A DNA stretch of 63,768 nucleotides, the filler included, from Choristocarpus tenellus KU-1152 (lineage: Eukaryota; Protista; Phaeophyceae), in assembly GCA_964200185.2 (NCBI GenBank). It is 11 parts of 11 records of this genome, joined end to end, with 100 filler letters (N's around TTAATTAATTAA, not from the genome) between each part and the next. Parts side by side here need not be neighbours in the genome. Positions count along the whole stretch, not along the records: positions 1 to 5,919 come from CAXNAD020009415.1; positions 6,020 to 9,611 come from CAXNAD020019068.1; positions 9,712 to 13,205 come from CAXNAD020019648.1; 8 more parts are not named here. One strand, 5' to 3'. Positions 1 to 12,400 of the stretch are shown here, in pieces. Positions within the stretch are counted from its first letter, which is position 1, and every line of letters starts with the position of its first letter. The notes beneath the pieces were generated by a model, which worked only from the letters and a program-made list of their open reading frames with translations, was not told the DNA's origin and made no database searches. The position numbers were made by a program, and so were the translations under genes.

Positions 1-40
1 CCCCTCACAAACTACCCCCCCACCCCAGATACTTTGACCC
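1..40. mobile_element. Terminal fragment of MITE family C
   Basis: CCCC...CAGATACTTTGACCC is the reverse complement of the start of the 9409-9594 copy; cut by the window edge. Confidence 0.75.
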
Positions 41-1358
41 AAGGCTCAAACTATTATCACCAATACTGCAATTGTTTGCTGGGTCCCCCCTGAAAACCCA
101 ATTTTGAGATATCCCACTATCACAGTGAAATCAATTTTGCTTGTTGAAAGCTAGTTTTTTCTACAATTACTCATAATTCCGACGTCATGGGGTATGGGCA
201 CTTCTCGAATATGCTTCATCCTCACCCTTAAGCAACTTCCAACCCGTCTCAGCGTCCCAACCATTCATCATTCAGAATCCCCAACAGCCTGCATACCTTG
301 TAGAAAGGGCTGTCCTTCGGCTCTTTGCCCAGGAAGCCACCTATCCCATCATCGCCAGAATATGTTGTGAACATTAGGTATCTGCAGAATTAGTGTTGGC
401 GAGCGAAGGGAGGATGGAATCATAGGCATACAGCACTGATTGCATGGATCATGATGTAGGTTGCATTTGGACACAATAAAATAGTGGGGGCTATCACAGC
501 AGTAAACAGAATTTCAAGTGCCTCAAGAGAATTCTTGCTCTTTGTCGCCACAACGCGGATGTATTTACATGGTCGACATGTGCTTCCCCGAGTCTGCATC
601 TCCTATAGGTCTGTGGGCTTCGTTTGGGACATGTGTGGTAGACTGTTTCTCACGCCAGATCCGACGTCGACCACTCCTCGAATCTCACCCAGCCGCACCA
701 GCCACGATGAGGCATCCTAAAAAGTAAACAGCAGTTCCACCTTCGAGGGTGACGGCCAGGGAGAGGTTTGTAACAGTGGTACCAATATCGTCGTATGTGT
801 TGGCAAGGAGTGTGGGAGGTGGTCCAGCGAGCAGTTGGTCCGTGCCAAGGTTGAGGCATACAGAACCTAGCAACGAGGGAAGGAGAGAAAATGGTGCAAA
901 GGTTATGTTTATCTTCTGTAAAGTGCTGAATTTCGCGAAGGAGACCAGGAGGATTCTAAATTTTGGAGCTTATTGAAATTAACCCTCACCTCCACGCTGT
1001 ATCCGATGAGAACGAATAATCGCTCGAGACAAGGCTTCAGGTCTTGGCGCAATGAAAGAATGCACTCCACGAGCCAGCAATAGCAGTGCAACATACAAGC
1101 CAGAGAGGCGAGTCATCTTCAAGCGAAGACGAAGTACAAGTATCTGAAGGAAGTGAGGAACTAAGGGATGACTTCAACCAATACGGTTGCAAACGATACG
1201 GCAACTACATGACTATCCCAACATCTATTTCAAGATGAATAGATCATTAGAGAGAATAATATTAATATATTATGATAGATACAGAAAGAGGTAAATGTGC
1301 AACATCAATGTTGTGTTGACCGCAAGAGTCTAGGTTGCTTGTTTGGCGCATCACTGGA

Positions 1359-4300
1359 ATGTCCAAAGGGGGATATAAGATGGTTGCCCTGGTGGGTTCT
1401 AGTGGAGGTGGGGCTGCAACAATGGGGTGAGGCCAGGAGTCGTGTTGTGATTTTGCCGAGTTTGATCATATAGTTCGTACTATGTTTTGTCAAAAAGTAC
1501 TTCGCTCTACTCTAGGTTCTGGACAACATATCTATCCTTCCTTCTGATCACCAAGTTATAGCTCAGTGCAAGAGTGAGCTTAGGTGAATAGAAAATTTGT
1601 GCCCCTTCATCTATATATTGCAGGCAATTCGATGCTCTTGCCCTGTTGGGCCTGGTGAGGAGCGAGCTCGATGCTGCTGGGATAAAACTAGCTGCAGTTC
1701 AGTTCGTATCAGCGGCGCTGCCCCTCGATACGGCCTCGGCGGAGATGATGGCATCACTCTGGGAGATGGATGTCAATGGCGACTTCATACGCACTGCCCA
1801 GGGTAAGTCAGTGGGATGGTTGGAAACTGCATGTGTGGAATGTGGACTTCACTGATGAGATATCTTGAGTTTTGACGTGGAAAATATGACAGAAGAATCC
1901 CTCGGGAAAACGTACAGATGTAATTCTTAAAAAACCTACTTTGTGAACGTTTATTGGGACTATGCACTGCATCTTCCCTTTAATTGTATGTTCAAGGTCA
2001 ACGATCCCGTAGAGGTGATTGGCCTCCTTTACGAGTCGTTGCAGTAACGAGAAGCCTGGTGCGCAAAAACAAAGTCTCACGCATTTCATTTCCTTCCAAT
2101 ATGGCTTTCACAATGCTGCTAACTCACTGTTTACCCCGAGCATAATTGGGTGAGAGAGTAACATTTGACCCAAACCATATTTTTGTGGGTTCCAACAATG
2201 ATATCCATCTAGTGATGCTCTTTCCGCCGATTTCATCGGCGTCCTTATAGTCCATGAGTAAATCTCCGGCATTAAAAAAAACAGGTTCTGTTCACAAGCG
2301 GTCATTAGGAATCCTCATTTGTGGTCGTCACTTACGGTCAATCTACAGCAACATGCTCTGCCCCAACCTCAGCTGCGTTGGCACGAGGTGACAAAATGAC
2401 CCTCGCCACGCTTACCCTCGGCAGGCAAGTTGGAGGACGTAAACAAAATTGCCTTACGAAAGGATGAGAAAATAGAAGCACTTCTACGTTCAACTACTGG
2501 GGATGTCTCCCCACTGCCGACACACCCGCTTGATGATTGTGGTGATTCTGTCGAACCCCTCCCGCGACTGGATGGGCTGGTGGCGATCTCTTTTGACGTT
2601 CATGGAGTTAACAGGTGGGTCTAGTGCTGTAAATTTGATTTATAGGCCATTCAGACTATAGCAAAGATCAGACTAGTTGCAGACAATCTAGGATTGTATT
2701 TTTGACTCCCTAGCTTTACGCTCTATGGTTCCAACTCAACCTGTTGTTTATAGCAGTTGAATAAGAGAAAAAAGTATGTAGTTGTGTACCACCACTCCTC
2801 CCTGATGCAAAGAAAAACTGCATATGTCTGTATATGCCCCTACCTATGATTTTGGACGAATTAGGAGAAGGGGTCTCAGGCACGCAAGTGGTTAAATTAT
2901 TTGCGTATAGAGTCACCTTATTCCATCCACATTTTTGTGATACCGTTTTTAACCATACTAACTTCCCATCCTTTCACGCTTTTCCTGTGACAAAGACGTG
3001 CAGTGGAAGCAGCAAGGGACATGGGCTTACCTGTGGTAGGTACGGGAGGAAGCTCCCTTGGTGAAGCCATAGCAATGGGATGCAATGTGGTCGGCTCAAG
3101 CGGGGGCTCAGTGGCCACAACCAACAAGTCAAAGGTGAACTGTGTAGGGAGAAGGGGGAAGGGGGAGAGGCAGACAGCACCAATTTCAGTTTGGAGATAT
3201 TATTGATGTGTGGTGGGTCAGGAAGGGGAGGAAGGGGGAATGGTTGTTGCAAGGAGTGTTGGGTATTCATATCTGTTGACCTTGTAGGGGTGGTACCTGG
3301 CTGGTAGGTTTTTGGATAGATTTCGTGTTTTTGTGCCATATCTCACAGTTTGTGATGTGTTGGATGTCTGGAATGCAGCAAAAATTGATGCATTGCAAGG
3401 TGCCGTTAGTGTTTGGGGTAAGTTCAGTCATCCTTGAACTCATTTTCTTGGAGCAGGCACAGCAACCCTCAAGAAAATATGCTGACGCTTTTTTTCTTCC
3501 ATGCCTTGATTGTGCACCTCCACTATTAATTTTAGGTATTTACAAAATATTAAGTAATAACAAACCCTTTTTACTGTTTTCAGCGTTGGAATCTCCCACC
3601 GCAGACGCATACATGTAAGTCCTGAACAGTATACCAATAAGAGCAGTTGCTTTGTAAGAAATAAAATTTATTGAAGAGGCATGCAAAGAGTCACACCGGG
3701 AAGACTCAAGGCGCCATTGGCCTTACATGTACAACTTTATGTCATTGAGGAAGGTTCGTTCTTGCAGAATGAGATTCAATTTAAATATTGTAGTCATATG
3801 GTAGTGGTGAACCACCTGAAAGCAACTGTACCCACCTGAAAAAAGGAAAATAATAGTGGAGGGTATGTGTCCTGTGGTTGCTCCTTCACTAGGTGACAGA
3901 GGTGCTCCCCATGGTGAGTATGAGTATTATATCCCAGTTGGTGATTAGAGGGCTATGACTGATTCCAATATTACCCAGCGATTAAATGAAAAACCCTCTT
4001 GGAAATTGCACCGTAAGAAAAAATAAATAAATATATATGTATGTTCCTTTTCCACATGGCCCTGAAGAAAAATCTGAAGAGTGATCCAAAATTTGTCACG
4101 ATGCTGCACTTGACTCTGCACTTTGAGCAACTGGAAAACAACAATAAAAAATCTAGTGTTCCTGTAGGTCGAGAAATAGTTTTTTTTGAAAATTACTGGT
4201 TTTGAGATTTATTTATTTTTTAGTTGAGGTGTCGTGGTCCCGATTTCTGATCACACTTCTGAGTTGTTGAGATCCAGACGAACATTGAACACCAAGGCTT

Positions 4301-5201
4301 GCTTGCAAATGCTCTGTGGCGCTCTGTAGTAGTACAATGAGTTGGTGAAATTTGTTGGACTGATCGATCCCTCATTGTGCTGTTTGGCATGTTTAGCCCC
4401 TCCGAATATTTCATTACGTTGACGTAATAGAGTATATATAATGAACCCTGGAGTATTTGAGGCGTTGGCTGTTGCAATATTTTTAACATCACGTCAAGAT
4501 GCTAATGAGGAGAGTTGACAAAAAAAAAAAGCGTTTGTGCCCACAGCCTTTACCTGCACATGTTTTGTGTTTGAAACAAGTCACATCTGTACTGTTACTT
4601 GAAGTTCAACAATAGCTTCATAACACTTCTCGAAGTAGGAAATCTGAAGCATGACTCCAGAGTAATCCCCCCACCCCCCTTTTCCAAGAACATGACAAAC
4701 CCTCCCTCTTGAACTTTCGTGGGAAAAATAAAAAATAAAAGGCTGTTTCGTACGCCACCGGCCTCTGCGGCTACTGGGGCCTTGCCTACTGCCCAGGAAC
4801 GGCCCTCACAGGTGTCCTTCTTGCTCCCACATCTTTCTTTGGGGCGTGCCTGCCAGCTTTTCTCACTGTCATGGTGACCACCAGGGTTGCGGCTCTACTG
4901 TCTTCATTGGCCATAGCAGCTTCAACAGCCCTGCAGGGTCAACCAACTGCAGGCTCCAGTGGTTTAGTACAGGGACGTGGAGATGACTGGGAGGTGGACT
5001 CTTGGTGGGGGACACTAGTAGGATTGACAGTTAAGGGGCTTCTCTTTGTGCTGGATGGCATGGTGGAGGGGCTTGGGGAGGAGGAGGGGCTGGCAGATGG
5101 AGAGTGGTGGGGGAAGAGACTGACTGAGGTGATGCCAGTGGTGATGGGGGCGGTGTCAGCACGGCAAATGAGTGCGCTTGGTGATATGGCTGCAGTGGCG
5201 G
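1359..5201 (+). CDS. Intron-containing gene (3'-incomplete) encoding a homolog of bacterial 'PTS sugar transporter'/PTS EIIC-like membrane protein; exons 1359-1426, 1624-1802, 2425-2614, 2996-3134, 4742-5201
   Basis: All four introns are GT-AG with matching phases (2,1,2,0) and the joined frame is open: MSKGGYKMVALVGSSGGGAATMGQFDALALLGLVRSELDAAGIKLAAVQFVSAALPLDTA...QGKLEDVNKIALRKDEKI...LDGLVAISFDVHGVNRRAVEAARDMGLPVVGTGGSSLGEAIAMGCNVVGSSGGSVATTNKSKAVSYATGLCGYWGLAY...GACLPAFLTV...VMPVVMGAVSARQMSALGDMAAVAG. An in-frame TGA at 1317-1319 precedes the ATG. Motif order matches my recollection of Firmicute proteins annotated 'PTS sugar transporter' (no search run). The gene structure is more certain than the functional call. 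Confidence 0.75.
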
Positions 5202-5919
5202 GTGAGTTGAGTAGAGGATGTGCTTTGGAACGGTCAGTTGTGGAGCATGTATGATATAATCATTAGACGGGAATTGATGGTGGGGGAGGATGGGGAGGTG
5301 GGACTGTGGATGAATGAGAAGATCGGGAGTTGATTGCAGTGACTGTGTGCAGGGCAAGGGCCGCACGTGTACATACATGCATACATAAATATAGACAAAT
5401 ACATAGCCCTTTCTTTTTTGTATAGTACATAGTTACATTGTGCTTAATGCTTCTTGCAGGTGTAGAATATTGTTCTCTCTTGTGCATACTCTGATTGTTG
5501 CTTCTGAGGAGCATTCATTCTGGTGCGCGTGCGTCAATATATAGATAATCCTCCTGCTCTACACCAACACATACAAAGTGTGAATTAGAAAGTTGTACCA
5601 GATGAAGACGGAGGGTAAGAAAGAAAGAAAAAAAGGTAGCGGGTATGGGTTCATTGGCCCGTCAACTGTGTGACAATCATTTCTTTTTTTGCTTCAGGGG
5701 CCTTCTCTCCCTCGGCCTGGGTTCCCCCCCCCCCGTCTATCTTGGGTACAATGAATCTGTGGGGGCTGGGGTAAGTGTTAGGGGTGACGAGCATGTTGTC
5801 AGAACTACTTGTGGTGGTCACTGAAGCAGGGAGACTACTGCTTCTTTCGAATGGGGGGGGGTGGGGGGGGATGTTGGGCTTGGAGTAAGCCAGGTATATT
5901 TATGCAAGTGTTTGTTTGT

Positions 5920-6019
5920 NNNNNNNNNNNNNNNNNNNNNNNNNNNNNNNNNNNNNNNNNNNNTTAATTAATTAANNNNNNNNNNNNNNNNNNNNNNNNN
6001 NNNNNNNNNNNNNNNNNNN
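5920..6019. other. Artificial contig spacer N44-TTAATTAATTAA-N44 (also 9612-9711, 13206-13305, 19793-19892, 28319-28418, 35504-35603, 38322-38421, 49039-49138, 55442-55541, 61013-61112)
   Basis: The same 100-bp block occurs ten times; its core has stop codons in all six frames; genes are cut at these points. Confidence 0.97.
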
Positions 6020-6246
6020 ACCAAGCAATCTCGCCAGGTTTATCACCTTTATCCTCTTTGATGATTTTGGGGATACTTTAACAGCATGTAGTACATGTGC
6101 TACCTATTCCTGCAGCAAGAGATGGATACATGGCCGACGTTGATACTGGAAAGAAAACAATAACTTGGAGTTTTGCGTAAGTTTACCGATTGGTAGATGG
6201 TTGCAAGTGTGCACAGTGTCGACGTGAAGGGAAGGCACAGATGTGA

Positions 6247-6402
6247 GGGTCAAAGTGTCTGGGGGGGGTGTCGGCGTCCGTTTTTCGCCCTTTTTTCGAT
6301 TTCACTTTTTTGGTGTGATTTGGTCTTACTTATCGGATTTGAAATGTCAGCAAAAAATAGTTCTTTGACCGAAACGGACACCCCCTCGCAAATCACCCCC
6401 CC
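6247..6402. mobile_element. MITE family C, one end truncated
   Basis: Starts GGGTCAAAGTGTCTGGGGGGGG; the body is a diverged reverse complement of 9409-9594. Confidence 0.8.
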
Positions 6403-6897
6403 GTGAAGGGAGTCACGGATGTGACATAAATTTGAACGGTATATTTTGCGTGTTTAGTGCATAGGTGGGCAAGGGGCGTCCGTGTTGGGGTTGTCGCCAG
6501 TGGCAAACAGAGGCCGAACTTTGTGAGTGGGGGGGGTCGTCATGTGGAGTGTGCCTACCTTTGTGACAATTGTCTGTCCGGGAGGAACCTTATGACCTTT
6601 GCAGTAGCGCCACTCTTCCTCTGGTGTCGGATCCCTCAAGGTGTACTGAGTTTTGGTTGCCTTGATTCTATCCACTAGGGATGAGGTTCCTGCCTGCGTA
6701 CCTCATGTAGTTCCAGTCTCCTGGAAGCAGACTTCACCACAGCCCCGACTCATCTGACAAGGACTTGCCGTGACAGGAGGGAAAGAAGTTGTGTACTACG
6801 GAAATTCCCATCCGCGCTACGATGCCCCTGTATTTCCCTGAGTGGGATTCAAATGAGGTTACGATATGAGTTGGTGGGTTTCTTACCATTTGACATT

Positions 6898-7156
6898 GAG
6901 TGAAAGTATCTTAGAGGGTACGAGTTTTGCCCTGTTTGTCCATTTGGGGCTTGGTTCCCCATGTTTTTTTTTATGACATTTTCCTACTCCAAAGTGTTTC
7001 AGAGTAGGTAAAATGTGTATGTTATGAAAAGGTGTGTCCGAAACAAGGATATTGACACTTTCTAACAAACACGATAGTCAATTTTTCATCAAAATCGCAA
7101 CAATGGATTTTGGCCTCCAAATGGACGCTGTCCTACCCTCTAAGATACTTTGACTC
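6898..7156 (+). mobile_element. MITE family A (~255 bp)
   Basis: TIRs GAGTGAAAGTATCTTAGAGGGTA...TACCCTCTAAGATACTTTGACTC; about 9 full or partial copies in the window. Confidence 0.9.
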
Positions 7157-9408
7157 GGTTCAGTCTTTTACGTGTCTCCCATTGTTTTACTCATCCAGAG
7201 CACGCTCTTGGTTATCTACAAGGGGTCACATGATTCGTGCACTATGCTAGGCATATTTTGGCTGGGATGGTGGCAGAATATGAATGGTGGGGGGTAAACT
7301 TCCAATGATGTTCAAGGCCCTCCAGGCGTGATAGTTCAAATTACTGTGTGACAGAGAGTCAGTAGTTTGCCTCGGAGTGAGGTCCTGTAAATATTGGGCA
7401 CTATTTAGTGCGCTCTCTACTGGGAAAGGCAGTGCTTGAGTTATTCTTGGGAGTGGAGCTTGTCTTTACAATTGCTTGAAGCCTGCTGCGCTACAGTGAA
7501 CAGGTGGCACTATAGTGAGTGTACAGTGTATTTTGTCTACCCTTGGTGTTGAGGGGCTGTATTTCACAGCGATGTGGGCAGTTGGATGGGACTGGTGAGT
7601 TGGGCAGTGTCCTTTGGTGTTTCTCTTGGGTGGATTGCTAAGCGTTGGTGTGGACACTCTTCCATGTACTAGTGATACTGCGTTCAAAATTGGATATACA
7701 CAGAGAATAATACTCATGCCTCCATTATTGCAAATGTTAGAGGCGATCTATTCAATAAATCTTTCGTTGTGGAGAGTATGGACATCTGTTAGGAGACTGG
7801 GGAGAAGATATTGAAGGAAAATCAACAGGAGTAGCCGCTATCGAATTCACACACCCACACCAAGCTACATCCATTGCAAAGAATGAAAATTTCCTGTTGC
7901 CCTTACGTTCATTGCACCAGTCATCTCAATACTTAACAGTATGTTCCATCCAGGTCACCAATCTGCTGGACTGTATACCGCTTCTTTCCTAGGGGAGATC
8001 CATTCCACACTGTGAGCCAACACTGCCCTAACTATGAAGGTTAGATCGTGACATCTACTTGTAATAGGTTGCACTTTGCACGAGTACCACTGATAGAGAC
8101 AAGAAAGAACAGAAATGTGCTTCACCCCACAAGAACCAGATTAATATACTTTTGTATACTGGGCAGCACTTGACCCAGCTGTTATTTGTGAAGGTTCAAG
8201 GCCTCTTTTCTGTTGAGCTCTGTTACGGAGATGTCCTGACTGTCAAAAGGGGTCCTGAATTGTATTGCCATCATTTCCAGACCATCACATGAAAAGGGAG
8301 GGCAGGACAGGGAAAACACCATCATATGAAGGGGTTCCTCCGTAGTTTCCCAATATTTTGAGACTCACCCTTTCATGTGTTAGGAAGGGATTGGGTCCAA
8401 TGCACTATGTTGTTTATCTGGTTTCACGCCTCGTCGTGTTTATATAAAGGTGAACCTTGCAACACACCTCTCCTGTGATCGATAATGTCGGCAAGGACAG
8501 GACAAGTTGAGGAAAGGTCAATACTTGAAAGTCCTCCAATCCGCACAACACATATCCCTAAGCTATCATACTATTGGGAGATACAGGCATCTCAGAGATT
8601 GAACACTTGATGTGTGAAGGATTTCAGATATATTATAGGGTATATATTATTGGGTGCATATTATTGGGTATTCTGTAGTGCTTGAAACTTGGTAGAATTT
8701 TGAACTTTGATATCTGTCCAAACATCCACTCACCTCTTCGTGAAGCAAATAATTGACTGGACCTGTGCAGAAAATAGTGCGGATAAAGTGTGGCTAAGAA
8801 CGATGCCTGATCAAGGCCAAGCATACACACACAACAGCAGGCACGGGGTAGATATTTGGTTATGATGTTGCGGATGGAGGATACCATGGGTCACTATGTA
8901 ATGGAAGGGAGTGAGTTGAACAAGTTGAAGGTGTGGCAATGGAAGGATTCATACAAACAAGAGATTTTGCTAACCGGGTGGTTGCCATTACTACTAGAGC
9001 AGGAATGGGCAGCATTCACTACTTGTAAGGCAGGAATAGGGAGAGCAAGAAAATATATATTGCTCACTTTCTGTGCTCTCCAGTGTGCAGGATAGACGTG
9101 CAAGCATGTATTGTAGTGTCAATTTGTACTATTTTCTTATCAAACATTTCAACTACAGACATTAGGGACCAATGCACAGGGGAAGGTGAGGTCACGTGGG
9201 AAGAGAGAGGACCACAAATTCGGACAGATCCTACGACTCACCAATCCATGCTTCAGACAATTATTTTATACTTGCCTGGTCTACGCAAATGCACTAGGCA
9301 TTGCCCAGGACACAGAGAAGCTGTAATAGTCCGTGGAGAGGGGTTTCAAGCCCAAGCTTATGCTTTCACCTGCCGACACATTTGACAGGGACAAGGGTTA
9401 TGCCCTCA

Positions 9409-9594
9409 GCGTCAAAGTATCTGGGGTGGGGTGGGGGGTTTATGAGAGGGCGTCCGTTTCGGTCAAACAACTCTTCTTTTTTTTTATGATATTTCAAATC
9501 CGACATGTGCGACCAAGTTACACCAAAAACGTGAAAATCGAAAAAAGGGTGAAAAACGGACGCCGACACCCCCCCCCCCCAGTTAATTTGACCC
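9409..9594. mobile_element. MITE family C, full length, 4-bp TSD CTCA
   Basis: GCGTCAAAGTATCTGGGG...CCCCAGTTAATTTGACCC, flanked by CTCA at 9405-9408 and 9595-9598. Confidence 0.85.
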
Positions 9595-9872
9595 CTCACT
9601 CTTGCTTTACGNNNNNNNNNNNNNNNNNNNNNNNNNNNNNNNNNNNNNNNNNNNNTTAATTAATTAANNNNNNNNNNNNNNNNNNNNNNNNNNNNNNNNN
9701 NNNNNNNNNNNATCTCTTGCTTGGCACAGAGGTTTACCTCAGGGGTGAGGGGTGGTGCATGGGGCTAACAGTCAAGAGGAACAAGGCAAAGGCAATAGAA
9801 ATTAGCATCTAGCAAAAAAAGTTGAGTGTTTTTGTGTCTATCGCAGTGAAAGCTCGCGGGAGAGACCAGTGG

Positions 9873-10703
9873 CTACCTAGGTGGAACTCCACCCCCTCCT
9901 CCCATCATCCCTTGCGCGTTCTGCGAAGCTTGAGCCTGTGCTTGCATGTTTTCCTCTGCACGTTTAAGAATACCGCCCACCTGAGCCAAAATATAACAAC
10001 AGAAGGATAGGGAGAAGATATATCAGGACGAACAAAATAGTATAGTGTAGTAGTTGAGCCACTGGGGGGTTAGGTGAATTTCCTCAAAGTCACCGCGGCA
10101 CATGATTCTTACCAAAGTGAACCAAAATGGACACAGGCAAAGGATGTTTCGTAACAGGATGCACATGCCTCACAAATGTATCCCGTATCACCTCTGTTCC
10201 ACAAACTTGCTGCCACTACCTCCTTCGCTCATCACCTGGGCATGACCAAATCATACATGGCCGAGAGTCGCCAGCAAAGTGTATTACACCCTTCTTTAGA
10301 GAATGTGTACACCATCTACTTCGAAATTTGTTTTCACCTGTTCTTGCGCCTCCATGTACTTGCCCACGCAACGGTCCACGCAGCTCATCTCACCCACGCT
10401 TAAGTCTGACTCCCCGGTCATCTTCAGTACACACTTCTTGAAACACACGTTGCTCATCCTTTCAAGCGAGAACCAAAAAATTGACACACAGCATGCGATG
10501 ATGTTGAATTGGATATGGAGATCCTAGAGCGTGAGATTGAGGGGTGGGGAATGCATGGAGGACAACGAGAAAAAACATGGTGGGATGCAATTTCTGACTC
10601 ACTTCGCGAACAGGTCAGAATACATTTCCATTTCCTGCTTAGCCATATCCATCGGAGTCGGTCCGCTTGGAACCTCTGGCTCCTTGCTCCCGAAGAAACT
10701 CAT
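9873..10703 (-). CDS. TIM10: Mitochondrial intermembrane-space small Tim chaperone Tim10, complete, 109 aa; exons 10703-10603, 10458-10338, 9980-9873
   Basis: Spliced product MSFFGSKEPEVPSGPTPMDMAKQEMEMYSDLFAKMSNVCFKKCVLKMTGESDLSVGEMSCVDRCVGKYMEAQEQVGGILKRAEENMQAQ...PPR*; twin CX3C motif, EMEMYxDLF and GExxCxDRCVxKY are typical of Tim10; GT-AG introns in phase. Confidence 0.93.
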
Positions 10704-11339
10704 CTTGACACTTAACTCTCTCTTCCAAACTAAATCCTCGTGTGGATCAAATCTTGGGTGCTTGAGGCGTTTGTATTACCTAAGAGGCAGGTCTGGAAGT
10801 GTGATACCATTTCCTCAATTATTATCAGCACACTATGAAGACAAGGTAATAACAGGAGGGTGGTATGCAAGTGAGATAGCCCAAGCAAATTAATGGTAGG
10901 CATGGGAGAACCGGGAACGAGAATGGAAGCAACATCGGGGGGGAACTCAATATGCCTTATTCAAAAAAGCGTTCAAACGAGCTGGTAGACAACTCAAAGG
11001 GTAGTGGTACCATCTGACGTATAGGAGTCCCTTGACTCACACTCCAGGAGGATGGAAGCTCGCAGTCGCCATAGAGACCAAACTGGGTTCTATGTTCACC
11101 CGCAAGGGTTTAATATGTAGAGGACAGACATGTCCAGATAGATTAAAATACATCCGTGACGAATCTGATAAGTTCCTGAAAGATAAGGACCTAACGCTTG
11201 AGCGGCTGAGGGATTGTAATGAGACCCTCCCCCATTCAATACCAGCTTTGACTACCTCGAGCTCAAGACTGCCGAACCTATTCAACAGCACCCCATCAGC
11301 GTGTCACTCGCTGACACACCAATATTTATGGAAGTGGCG

Positions 11340-12400
11340 GAAACTATAGATGTTACGGTGAAGGACAACAGAACCAAATGACCTTTCTTCAGAACTCCCT
11401 AAACTTAACCTCAAGGAGAATGGGAGTAGCCTAGAATGTTTCCTTAAGATTGTGGGGACTTTGTGGGAACAGGAGATTGTGCCTCAACCTTGGAAATATG
11501 TGGTCATTAAGGTACCCAACCTTGGAAACATGTGTCTATTGAGGTGTCTCATTGGTGGCACATGCTGGCAACGTTCCTCCTTGAAAGTTGTCATAAGATG
11601 AATCAGTGCTTACCTAGAAAAGGAGGATGTTCCACATAAGGAAGTATGTGGTTTCTGACTGCAACGCTCTACAGTGGATATGATATAAACCCTGCATTCC
11701 CTAAAAATAATGGGCTAAACATGTACCCTTGATAATACAGTTTGTTGATCTTGAGAAGGCCTATGACTCTGTTGACTGTGATCTTCAGTGGACTGTGCTT
11801 GCCAAATTAGGAGTATCCGTGGAGCTGATTTCAGTCATCCGTCAGTTTTATGATGGAATGAGGGTATATGTCTGCATGGATGATGGTGAACACATCAACT
11901 GGTTCCCCGTCAACCAAGAGATTCATCAGAGGTATGTCCTTGCTCCTATTCTTTTTAACATTTTCTTCACTGCAGTTTAAGTTTAGCAGTGAGGGACTTC
12001 AACTCTGGCTAAGTGGTCTTAAGAGACCCAATCTTTGGGAGATGAGAGGAAACTCAAGGTGAAAAGAGGAGGGACTGCAGGAATTGGAGCAATACTTGAG
12101 TACCGTCTGTGGGGTACTGTGGGGTATGCTCTATGCAGATAGTGCAAACATTGCTTCTAAGACCGAATTAGGACCGGCCAGGAAGATGGCAGTAATTGTG
12201 AAGGTGAGGACGGCGTTTGGATCGACCGTGTCTGAGCTAAAGATAGAGTATGTGCCCCCAACCCCCTGATTAGGCTGCAGTTACAGTGCAGATCCATGCC
12301 TTGGATCAGACCTACAAGCAGGATAACAAGTTTTTGTTTATCTTGGGGGAATCATAAGTGATGATACAGATGTCATTGCTGAGATATATATGAGTTCAAA
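11340..12400 (+). mobile_element. Degraded RTE-clade non-LTR retrotransposon (reverse transcriptase relic)
   Basis: Motif remnants CGFxLQRSTVDMI, FVDLEKAYDSVD, LAPILFNIFFTAV, WGMLYADSA and YLGG, broken by stops and frameshifts. Confidence 0.85.

Noticed and set aside
1359-5201. Bacterial contamination as the source of the PTS-like gene
   Set aside because: The gene has four phase-consistent spliceosomal introns, and the contig begins with a MITE also found on another contig in this window.
5698-5770. Next exon of the PTS-like gene
   Set aside because: Splice signals are plausible, but the in-phase translation does not resemble the expected Gly-rich membrane segment, and a homopolymer run makes the frame uncertain.
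7200-9050. Retroelement remnants in contig 2 (similarly 40950-42100 and 49200-50400)
   Set aside because: Only faint motif hints; too decayed to assign by eye.
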